A DNA stretch of 17,664 nucleotides from Candidatus Sigynarchaeum calidifontis (GTDB taxonomy: Archaea; Asgardarchaeota; Lokiarchaeia; Sigyniarchaeales; Sigyniarchaeaceae). The stretch's first letter is position 1. Each line of letters starts with the position of its first letter. Under the pieces are notes generated by a model, which was not told the DNA's origin, did no database searches, and saw only the letters and a list, made by a program, of their open reading frames with translations. Shown here piece by piece: positions 7,489 to 15,171 of this stretch. Location: NCBI GenBank assembly GCA_030587475.2, contig JAUQYZ020000148.1:1-17664 (forward strand). The letters are read 5' to 3'. The translations under genes and the position numbers were made by a program.

Positions 7489-8789
7489 ACTCGCACATCC
7501 AAGAGCATCCGGCGATGTTTAAATTCGGCATGGTCGAAACGCGGGCCTGCCCGCGATGTAATTACAAGATCGCGGCTCCGTATCCAGTCAATTGCCCCCG
7601 CTGTAACGAACCCCTCGAGAAGGTCGTATCGAGCGTTGTATCTCCAGCGAATGCACAAATCGTAAAAGAAAAAGAAGTTCCATCACGAGCCACGACGCCA
7701 CCACCCACGGATTTCGCGGCCACGATTACCTCACACGCCAAGGCCTCGCAACCCCTTGTGCAAGCTGCTGATTCGAGCACGCGGCCCGCAGTACCAAAGA
7801 CACCCCCAACCTTGCTCAGCAAGGAGGGCGATTACCTGAAGATGATGGGTGTCATCAATCTCCAATCCCGGGAGGTCATCTTCTGCAGCAATGACGAGTA
7901 TGCGTACGTGCTAGATCTCGGTGCCAATGCGCACGAGATCGCGACGTCGATCTTGGGCGGCGACCTGGAGCGCATCTTGCTCGAGCCACCGAAGGAACAA
8001 GCAATTGCTCCTGGTGATGGCGAACCGCCCGCGAAAAACACGCTCTTCACCTTCGAGGAGGCCATCTTCCAGACACACGGATCCATGTTGTTTTGCATCT
8101 ACGGGGTCTTCTTCAAGCGGCCGGCCGTCTTGTTACAAGAATTAAAGCGCTTGATGATCGATATCTTCAAGGGGCAAGTAAAAGCAGCAATGTCGCCCCT
8201 GGAGCGAAGCGAGATCGAGCGCCGCAAGGCATCTATCTCCGGCTTCATCGTTCACGAGTACCAGAAGATCCGGGACGCGGCCCTCCGGCGAGCAACCATC
8301 CCGACCATGGAAAACGTGGTCAAGCTCCACTACGTCGGGTTGTCCTTCCAGTCGATCGGCACCATGGCGCTGTTGCTCACGCCGCGGGGCCCCGATGCAT
8401 TACCCATCAAGGACATGTCGTTCTCCGGCGACACGGCCGATGGTAATTACCTGGATCTTCTGGAAAGCTTGATATCGGCCAAGATCGAAGCCATCGCGGC
8501 GAACACGCTTGCCCACACGGGATCTTTCCCCCGGTACATCATTACCAAGGTCGGTTTCGACCAGTACCGGCTCATCGAATTCTTCCAGCTCGCGAATAGC
8601 TACAACTTGCAAATCCTTGCATCGGGGAACATCAGCCTTCTTGAAAGCGTGCTCAGCGAGGTTATCTTGCCCATCGTGGCGCCAATTACCGCGGTGCCTT
8701 TTTCAGGGATGCTCACGACCCACAACGAGATCAAGGCAAAGCTCCGCGAACGGTTATCGAACAACTACATCTACGAGATCAAAAAATAA
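7485..8789 (+). CDS. Zinc-ribbon protein with two probable longin/roadblock-like domains
   Basis: CPRC-x12-CPRC, then a Pro/Thr/Ala linker, then two units with a bb-a-bbb-aa-like pattern; the second ends PFSGMLTTHNEIKAKLRERL. The GTG start overlaps the hisS TGA (GTGA); alternative ATGs lie at 7515 and 7530. Confidence 0.7.
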   Translation: MNSHIQEHPAMFKFGMVETRACPRCNYKIAAPYPVNCPRCNEPLEKVVSSVVSPANAQIVKEKEVPSRATTPPPTDFAATITSHAKASQPLVQAADSSTRPAVPKTPPTLLSKEGDYLKMMGVINLQSREVIFCSNDEYAYVLDLGANAHEIATSILGGDLERILLEPPKEQAIAPGDGEPPAKNTLFTFEEAIFQTHGSMLFCIYGVFFKRPAVLLQELKRLMIDIFKGQVKAAMSPLERSEIERRKASISGFIVHEYQKIRDAALRRATIPTMENVVKLHYVGLSFQSIGTMALLLTPRGPDALPIKDMSFSGDTADGNYLDLLESLISAKIEAIAANTLAHTGSFPRYIITKVGFDQYRLIEFFQLANSYNLQILASGNISLLESVLSEVILPIVAPITAVPFSGMLTTHNEIKAKLRERLSNNYIYEIKK

Positions 8790-8851
8790 CAAGGCATTCA
8801 CCAGCGTGGTTTCAATCCTCGTGAACAATTGAGGAAAAAAAATGGATAAAA

Positions 8852-9193
8852 TCAAATCATGACATTTTTCTTGCAGTTGGCGCATTGCACGAGTTTTCCG
8901 TTGTAGAGCGTGTAAGTTTTCCGGTTCAACGAGATGGGCGCCGGGCAGAAGGGGTAATCCTTGATGTAGGCCAATGGTTGCGCGCAAGCGGGGCTTGAGA
9001 CCCACTGCTTGAAATCGGGTAGTCGTGTCGGCCGTGTTGGCATGACCATGGCACGAGTACTGCCATTGATGTTGATCGTGATGCTGCCAGGGAGCATGTT
9101 CGCCGTGTCGGTATACACCACGCTGAAATTGAACGGGGTACCCGAGGATCCATAAGCGGGACTCACTTGTTGGCTCGAAAGGCTCAATACCAT
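8852..9193 (-). pseudogene. Probable chimeric remnant: Ig-like surface-protein fragment joined to a degenerate multi-zinc-ribbon
   Basis: The first ~50 aa (VSPAYGSSGTPFNFSVVYTDTANMLPGSITININGSTRAM) resemble half of an extracellular beta-sandwich with no signal peptide. The tail has SPAC, YPFC and CANC, so two of three CxxC knuckles lack their first Cys. Confidence 0.5.
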
Positions 9194-9369
9194 CGATGAG
9201 ATCCGAAGGATCTTGGGCGTGGGCTTGCCTTCTTGCCCGTGATGATATCGTGGAGCCGTGCCACTTGCATGAAATGGTGCGTGTCCCGTTGGTCGGCGCG
9301 TTACTTGATCTCGTAGAGATGGATCTCCCTGTCCCGCGCTACCACGTTCACGTGCGTCGTGTATCCCGG
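9184..9369 (-). pseudogene. Interrupted fragment of a PD-(D/E)XK nuclease-like (DUF3782-type) gene
   Basis: Manual translation: PGYTTHVNVVARDREIHLYEIK*RADQRDTHHFMQVARLHDIITGKKASPRPRSFGSHRWY*. An in-frame TAA at 9301-9303 falls directly after EIK; the frame has no ATG upstream of this stop. Confidence 0.5.
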
Positions 9370-9530
9370 TGCCGACCTCCTTCCTTGGCCTAAAATTTCG
9401 AGATACCGTATGAATGCTTTTCTGCTAGACGCATGGGCGCTTCATTCGCTTTGATAGGCAAATTTAAACAGATAGATTAGCCAGGCAACAAATAACTAAT
9501 TGGTAATATCAGCGAGTAAAGGCGAATCAT

Positions 9531-10133
9531 ATGAAACAACAGCCTGGTCGCATTGCGGAGAATGTCCGCAAGTCGAAAGAGACCACGATCAAGGTAAAGG
9601 TGAATCTTGATGGCAAAGGCAATTTCAACATCACGACCAAGGTGCCGTTCTTCACGCACATGCTCCAGATGATCGCCAAGCACTCGCGCATCGACATGGA
9701 CATCGAGGCGACGGGAGACCTCGACCACCACGTGATCGAGGACACGGCCATCCTGCTCGGCACGGCGATCCGCGAGGCCCTTGGAGACATGAAGGGGATC
9801 TACCGGTTCGGGCAGCATTACCTTCCCATGGACGAGAGCCTTGCCCGCTGCGCGCTTGATCTCTCGGGCCGGGCGTACTACGTGGGCAACTTGAATCTGG
9901 AAGGGCTCGATATCGAGGGCATGAAGGTCGAGGACATCGACCACTTCTTGCTCACGTTCGCGCAGAACCTCAAGGCGAACATCCACCTGGAAGTGCTGTA
10001 CGGCGACAACGATCACCACAAGGTCGAGGCAGCGCTCAAGGCGCTGGCGTTGTCGCTCCGCATGGCCAAGCGGGTGGACGAGCTCGCTGCCGACGACGTG
10101 CCGTCAACCAAGGGGATGCTCGATACGAAATGA
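9531..10133 (+). CDS. hisB: Imidazoleglycerol-phosphate dehydratase (monofunctional)
   Basis: RKSKETTI, PFFTHML, GDLDHHVIED, PMDESLA, DLSGR, NDHHKVEA, VPSTKG. Confidence 0.97.
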   Translation: MKQQPGRIAENVRKSKETTIKVKVNLDGKGNFNITTKVPFFTHMLQMIAKHSRIDMDIEATGDLDHHVIEDTAILLGTAIREALGDMKGIYRFGQHYLPMDESLARCALDLSGRAYYVGNLNLEGLDIEGMKVEDIDHFLLTFAQNLKANIHLEVLYGDNDHHKVEAALKALALSLRMAKRVDELAADDVPSTKGMLDTK

Positions 10134-10161
10134 GATTGTCGAGCAAAAAGCATGAGAAATT

Positions 10162-11793
10162 TTATTCCATTCGTTTGTCAAATCGCGTTAAAGGGGTTTT
10201 TTTCACTATAACGAAGAATGCGATGAATGCAGTGAATGAAATCCCTGACCACGCGAACCACGAGCCGATCTGTGCCCCGTCGAGGTTCAAGAAATAGTTC
10301 ACGAAAGGTCGGATCGGGTTCGGTTGTCTCGTCCGCCCCCCGATATCGAGGGGATTTGTCATGTAATCGACGAGCACGACTTGATGAGTGTTCATTTTCA
10401 ACACGGTGAAAAGCTCGGTTAGATTTGACGGGTTCATCATGCTCACGCGCACGAGCGTGTTGACGTCGCCGTTCATGTGCTCGTCGGTTCCACCCAGACA
10501 AGCAAGACCGTGATTCAAGCAGTATTCACGTATCGCTGACGAGTGCTCCGTCCCGCCGTTCACGATCTCGAAGCCGTCAACCCCCCACGCGTGCAATTCA
10601 TCGTACCTGTACGGCGTGCCGGGGCTCCCGGAATAGTGGTTCACGGTCACGAACGCGCCGGCCGCCTTCGCGGCGATGATGCAATCGCTCACGTTTAGGA
10701 AATGGATGTCCGGGTACATTGGATTTGCCTGGTCCAGGGGCGCGAATTGTTCCAGCGTCCCGTAGATGTTCAGATGGATGTCGTTGACCAGGTCCGTGTA
10801 TTCCTGGCCGATGATGACCGTGAAGTCCAGGTGGTTTTGCTCCACGTAGGCCTTGGCTTCTAGAGCTCCTTTAAGACCCTCGTGATCCGTGAAGGCGGCC
10901 CCGTGGATGCCTTGCTGGATGTACCAGTCGACCCGCTGCTGCGGTGATAGACTCCCGTCGCTGTACCACGTGTGCACGTGGAGGTCGAAGAGGTACTCGT
11001 TCGGGGCGAGCGTCGTTCGAATTGTGTAGTTCGGCAAGACTGCCGATGCCAGCGTGAAGAACCCGACCATCACGAGCACGATACCAGCAAGGGCGTACCT
11101 GGCCTCGCGCCCGACGAGACCGAGTGCCTTGAACGCGTGATATTTCGGCGAGGTCTTCGGGAGGGAAGCCCATGGCCTTGCTGCTGGCTCCTTCAGCGCC
11201 ATTCGCGGGTGGCAAAACACGACGGCGTGATGCACGACCTTGATAGCAATGAGCACGATGGCATACCACGAGATGATGTGGAGACCGAGCATGTACGATG
11301 TCATGAAAAAGTGTGCGCCGGCGATTGCCCACCCGATGAACAAGATAACCGCGCCCACGAGCAAGCCGATGCCCGTGTATTTCAAGAGAAAAGCGACGAA
11401 ATCACGGGCGTACCGGGCGAAGATCGCTACTTTCTGGTTCCCGCGCATGAGCACCTTGGTGAAAAATGCCTGCGCGACGCGGGCGATCGCGTAACCTATC
11501 GGGATGGCGACGAGCGCGTCGTACGGATTCACGAACAGAATAAAAACGATACCCGCGAATGGTTCGAAGATATAACGAGTCATGGGTATTTCTGATACAT
11601 ATTGTGCACTGACATCGACCTGGCCAAGCGCATCAAAAAACAATGGATCCCTGCGCGATAATGCGGCGAACACGATCAAGATTACCACCCAAGCGACAAA
11701 AACGGCGCCAAAAAAGAGAACCAACATCCTTTTTGGGGCCATGTGCCAGAAGTGCCGCGATTCGCTCGTGATTCGTGTATTTATGCTCTTCAT
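10162..11793 (-). CDS. Polytopic membrane protein with a PHP-family metallo-phosphoesterase domain
   Basis: About 5 N-terminal TM helices; PHP motifs DLHVHTWYSDG, FTDH, IIGQE, HLN, NHY, DGFEIVNG and GGTDEH; one C-terminal TM helix. A minus-strand TATAAAAA about 30 nt upstream of the ATG at 11793 supports this start. Confidence 0.85.
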   Translation of the reverse strand: MKSINTRITSESRHFWHMAPKRMLVLFFGAVFVAWVVILIVFAALSRRDPLFFDALGQVDVSAQYVSEIPMTRYIFEPFAGIVFILFVNPYDALVAIPIGYAIARVAQAFFTKVLMRGNQKVAIFARYARDFVAFLLKYTGIGLLVGAVILFIGWAIAGAHFFMTSYMLGLHIISWYAIVLIAIKVVHHAVVFCHPRMALKEPAARPWASLPKTSPKYHAFKALGLVGREARYALAGIVLVMVGFFTLASAVLPNYTIRTTLAPNEYLFDLHVHTWYSDGSLSPQQRVDWYIQQGIHGAAFTDHEGLKGALEAKAYVEQNHLDFTVIIGQEYTDLVNDIHLNIYGTLEQFAPLDQANPMYPDIHFLNVSDCIIAAKAAGAFVTVNHYSGSPGTPYRYDELHAWGVDGFEIVNGGTEHSSAIREYCLNHGLACLGGTDEHMNGDVNTLVRVSMMNPSNLTELFTVLKMNTHQVVLVDYMTNPLDIGGRTRQPNPIRPFVNYFLNLDGAQIGSWFAWSGISFTAFIAFFVIVKKTPLTRFDKRME

Positions 11794-11820
11794 GTGATTC
11801 ACGAGAAAGAGCAGTCTGCG

Positions 11821-11958
11821 AAGTTTTTATAGGAATCATTCGTCTTTTCAAATATCGCGAGGCTTCTCCATGCTGGCGTGACGATGCAAAGGAAAAGGGG
11901 CACCGGGGATAATATTTAATCACCGCGCGATAGTAGCATTGGTAGAAAGGAGCGTGAT
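11821..11958. promoter_or_regulatory. Divergent promoter region for the PHP gene and hisC
   Basis: Minus-strand TATAAAAA at about 11824-11831; plus-strand ATAATATTTAAT at about 11909-11920; AAGGAG SD-like sequence upstream of the hisC ATG. Confidence 0.5.
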
Positions 11959-11961
11959 AAC

Positions 11962-13065
11962 ATGTCTCAGTATTTACGAAAATATCTTGCTAAATTCAAG
12001 GGTTATGTTCCCGGTGAACAGCCGGATCCTACGTTCATCAAGCTCAACACGAACGAGAACCCGTACGAACCCCCCGCTTCGGTCATCAACGATCTGAAGA
12101 ACGGCTTGAAAGATCTTCGAAAATACCCCGATATCGATGCCACGGAACTCAAGAAGCAGCTCACGTTCAACATCCGCGTGAACAAGGAGTCGGCGCTCAA
12201 GATGGACAACATCGTCGTGGGTGCCGGCGAGGACGAGCTGCTCGAGTTGGTTTTTAAGACGTTTGTCGACAAGAACGATCGAGTGGTTTTCTTCAGCCCC
12301 AGCTACGGCATGTACAGGGTTTGCTGTGAAATTTTCGACGCCGTGCCCGTCGAGATCCCGCTTAATCCTGATTTCACGATCCCCGAGCAAAAAGCCTTAT
12401 CTACGCCCGGCAAATTGATGCTCATCTGCAGCCCGAACAATCCCGACGGCGGTCGCGTTCCGAACGATCTTATCGCGAGGATATGTGAGAATTTCAAGGG
12501 CATCGTCGTGGTCGACGAGGCATACGTCGATTTTGCCGAGGACACGGCCCTTGGCCTTACAACGAAATACAACAACTTGATCATCTTGCGTACGTTCTCC
12601 AAGTCCTACAGCCTGGCATCGCTGCGCATCGGTTACCTCGTTTCGCTGAACCGGGACGTTATCCTGGCCATTCGCAAGGTCAAGCAGCCGTATAACGTCA
12701 ATCTGGCGGCGCAAGTCGCAGCTCTCTCTGGTTTAAAGCATCAAGCCGAGGTTGACGAGATCATCAAGAAGGTCAAGGACGAGAGAAATCGCCTCGTCGG
12801 CATGCTCAAGCAAATCCCGCAGATAAAGGTGTTCCCGACCGAATCCAACTTCATCTTGATCAAGATCGCCGTCGGAAACGACGAGACGAACATGAAGATC
12901 AACCAGAAGATCTTCTGGGAGCTCAAGAAACGGAAAGTGCTCGTGCGGACCTATCCCGAGCGGGGGCTCTACGAATTCCAGCGAATCACGGTTGGCAAGC
13001 CAGAAGACAACGACAAGTTCGTCCAGATCTTCAAGGAATGCCTGGAGATCGGCTTGTCTGGATGA
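11962..13065 (+). CDS. hisC: Histidinol-phosphate aminotransferase
   Basis: YVPGEQP, IKLNTNENPY, CSPNNPDG, VVDEAYVDF, PLP-lysine motif RTFSKSYSLASLRIGY, SNFIL, RITVG; located near hisB and hisS. Confidence 0.93.
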   Translation: MSQYLRKYLAKFKGYVPGEQPDPTFIKLNTNENPYEPPASVINDLKNGLKDLRKYPDIDATELKKQLTFNIRVNKESALKMDNIVVGAGEDELLELVFKTFVDKNDRVVFFSPSYGMYRVCCEIFDAVPVEIPLNPDFTIPEQKALSTPGKLMLICSPNNPDGGRVPNDLIARICENFKGIVVVDEAYVDFAEDTALGLTTKYNNLIILRTFSKSYSLASLRIGYLVSLNRDVILAIRKVKQPYNVNLAAQVAALSGLKHQAEVDEIIKKVKDERNRLVGMLKQIPQIKVFPTESNFILIKIAVGNDETNMKINQKIFWELKKRKVLVRTYPERGLYEFQRITVGKPEDNDKFVQIFKECLEIGLSG

Positions 13066-13115
13066 GCTTCTCTTTTCTTGACATTTTTTTTGGAGAAGAA
13101 AAGGAAAACAACAAA

Positions 13116-13853
13116 GTGGTTGCTTTGTTTGATTGGACATGGCTGATCATTTTCGGGGCAATTTGCGGTCTCGTCCTCGTTTACATGCTTTGCCGCCGCT
13201 GGATAAAAACGAGTTGGAAGCGCAAGGCCCTCGGCGCGGTCGTGCTGGTCTTGTCGGTCGGTATCTTGCTGGCGGGCTGGCACGCGACCGAATCCATGTT
13301 TGATACGGGTGGGCGCTATGACCCGAGCCGGTTCCCGATGGTTGAAGCCCCGTTCGAGAACGCAACGGACATCCGCGATTTTCGTAACGGCTTTTCCGGG
13401 TCGGCGTCTTGCCCGTGGGGGTATTCCCACCCGGGCGTTGATTTTTTCCTAAAAAATGGCACGAAAATGCTAGCCGCCTCGCCAGGACAAGTTTACGAGT
13501 TAAAGGTGGACGATAACGGCGAGGGCGCCTTTATACGGTTTTATATCCGCATTTACATCCGGTACAACACGTCTATTTGCATTCTCTACAGCTTGGAGTT
13601 GAAAACGACCGATTACGCCAATATCACGCGGCAATTAAGCCTCATCAAGGTCAAGGTCGGCGATTGGGTGTCGGCAGGGCAAGAACTGGGCCGCTTTTTC
13701 AACTGCGGTGGCGATCCCGACCATCTTGATTGGGGAATTTCCGACAACCACCAGCGTGTATGCCCGCAGCGATTTTTCACGCTGCCCGGTTATGAAAAGA
13801 TGATGGACCTCGTTCACGCGTTCCATCCAACCTGGAACTTGTGCTATCCTTGA
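13116..13853 (+). CDS. Membrane-anchored M23-family metallopeptidase-like protein
   Basis: Two N-terminal TM helices; HPGVDF (HxxxD), LAASPGQV, VKVGDWVSAGQELG, and DHLDWG in place of the usual PHLHF. Start at GTG 13116 after a purine-rich tract, or at ATG 13062 overlapping the hisC stop. Confidence 0.78.
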   Translation: MVALFDWTWLIIFGAICGLVLVYMLCRRWIKTSWKRKALGAVVLVLSVGILLAGWHATESMFDTGGRYDPSRFPMVEAPFENATDIRDFRNGFSGSASCPWGYSHPGVDFFLKNGTKMLAASPGQVYELKVDDNGEGAFIRFYIRIYIRYNTSICILYSLELKTTDYANITRQLSLIKVKVGDWVSAGQELGRFFNCGGDPDHLDWGISDNHQRVCPQRFFTLPGYEKMMDLVHAFHPTWNLCYP

Positions 13854-13933
13854 TCATTGCTGGAAGCAACCTTAAAAGGATGGGAATGTATCGAAACAAG
13901 AATCCGGCATGGCGAAAAAACGCCACTTGCGCT

Positions 13934-14521
13934 TCAATCGTCGAAATCATGGATTAGTTTCGCAAGATCTAGCGGAACCTTGCTCGCGACGAGCCCTATC
14001 CTCCGGTACACCCGCGATCCTTTTGCGGGGTTCATTTCCATGGAGATGCCGGCGGCGTTCATGGTCGCCACGATGTCGATGGCCACGGACAAGCTGTAGG
14101 TCCGCTTGTCGGGATGGCGGCAAGGCTCGCCGGGACATGTGCATTTCCCTTCCGAGACGCGCTCGCAATAGTGGCACCCGTACCCGTGGATGATGAAAAG
14201 CCCCGGCACGGTGTCCTGCACGAAATTGATGAACGCGTCCACGTGCACCTGGATGGACGCATACTTCCCCTTGTCTTGCAAGGTATTGCCGGAGAGCTCC
14301 ACCTCCGCGTAGACGAGATAGAAGTGCGTGTAACCCGCGAGCGTCGACTTGAAAGCCGCCAGGCCGGGCGCGTGGGGCGGGCAGCCGTAGGTCGTGCCGA
14401 AATTCGGGCACCCGCTGCCGTGCCCCGAAAAGGGTTGATGGCAATCCGACCGGATTTGCTCGTCGCTTGCCTTGAACACGATGCCCTCGTACGTGATGGG
14501 CTGCACGTGGAGTTCGACCAT
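13934..14521 (-). CDS. DUF2284-family Cys-rich predicted metal-binding protein
   Basis: C...GCPNFGTTYGCPPHAP and GCHYC...CTCPGEPCRHP...YSLSVAIDIVATM. Start at ATG 14521 or GTG 14527. Confidence 0.8.
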   Translation of the reverse strand: MVELHVQPITYEGIVFKASDEQIRSDCHQPFSGHGSGCPNFGTTYGCPPHAPGLAAFKSTLAGYTHFYLVYAEVELSGNTLQDKGKYASIQVHVDAFINFVQDTVPGLFIIHGYGCHYCERVSEGKCTCPGEPCRHPDKRTYSLSVAIDIVATMNAAGISMEMNPAKGSRVYRRIGLVASKVPLDLAKLIHDFDD

Positions 14522-14637
14522 GGGCACGGATCCTCGTGCACCTACCCACCTTAACTTGACGGCATGTCGATGTTAGGTTTAAAAGAACCTTTTTTGTTAG
14601 ATATACCGAGCATGTGCAGATAAAATGACGTGAGGAC

Positions 14638-15141
14638 ATGATGGCACAAACCACGCAGAAGAGGGGATATCTCGGGTTCATCATCGCCGGCGCCGTCGCG
14701 TCGGTTTCGGGCGGGTCGCTCCTGGCCGGGGGCTTCATGTACCTCTGGATGGGGGGCTTGTTCCAGAGCTTGATGGGCATGGAGGGCATTCCCATTCCCG
14801 TGATGGGCATTCTCGGCACGATGGGCACCGGCATGGCCATCGGTGGTGGCGCCGCGCTCATCGTGGGCCTGGCATTGCTGGGTCACGGCGTGTCGAGGCG
14901 AAATGCTTCCAAGGCAGCAACACCCCAGCAAGCCGGCGCGGCGACCAGCTGGCAGCCGGCCGCCAGCACGGGGCGCGAGTACCCGTATTCCTCATCGCCA
15001 GCATATGGCTCCATCACGACCCCCGGTGCCCCTGCTGAACCAGCTCCTTCAATGTCGACCTGCTGCCGCTCGTGTGGCGAGGCTCTGCCTAAAGGAGTCG
15101 ATGTGAAGTTCTGCCCGGGCTGCGGTGCCCCGACGAGATAG
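14638..15141 (+). CDS. 2-TM membrane protein with a C-terminal zinc ribbon
   Basis: Gly/Met-rich hydrophobic hairpin, Ala/Pro/Ser linker and CRSCG-x8-FCPGCG; GTGAGGA SD-like sequence upstream. Confidence 0.8.
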   Translation: MMAQTTQKRGYLGFIIAGAVASVSGGSLLAGGFMYLWMGGLFQSLMGMEGIPIPVMGILGTMGTGMAIGGGAALIVGLALLGHGVSRRNASKAATPQQAGAATSWQPAASTGREYPYSSSPAYGSITTPGAPAEPAPSMSTCCRSCGEALPKGVDVKFCPGCGAPTR

Positions 15142-15171
15142 GTTCTCAACACGACGGATGTCTTGAACGAC

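Noticed and set aside
8770-9317. Perfect 13-bp inverted repeat TCTACGAGATCAA (8770-8782 and 9305-9317) as the TIRs of a MITE or an invertible segment
   Set aside because: Both copies lie within coding or ex-coding sequence for YEIK. No target-site duplication or recombinase is evident, and a few 13-mer matches are expected by chance in 17.6 kb.
9196-9393. 65-aa plus-strand ORF
   Set aside because: No motifs; it is antisense to the nuclease-like remnant.
10162-11793. PHP gene as histidinol-phosphate phosphatase (HisK/His2) because it sits between hisB and hisC
   Set aside because: It is on the opposite strand, has several TM helices and is predicted to be extracytoplasmic, unlike soluble HisK. 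Not formally excluded.
13947-14861. 304-aa minus-strand ORF and other Arg/His-rich alternative frames
   Set aside because: These overlap the better-supported DUF2284 and zinc-ribbon genes and have the composition of GC-rich off-frame ORFs.
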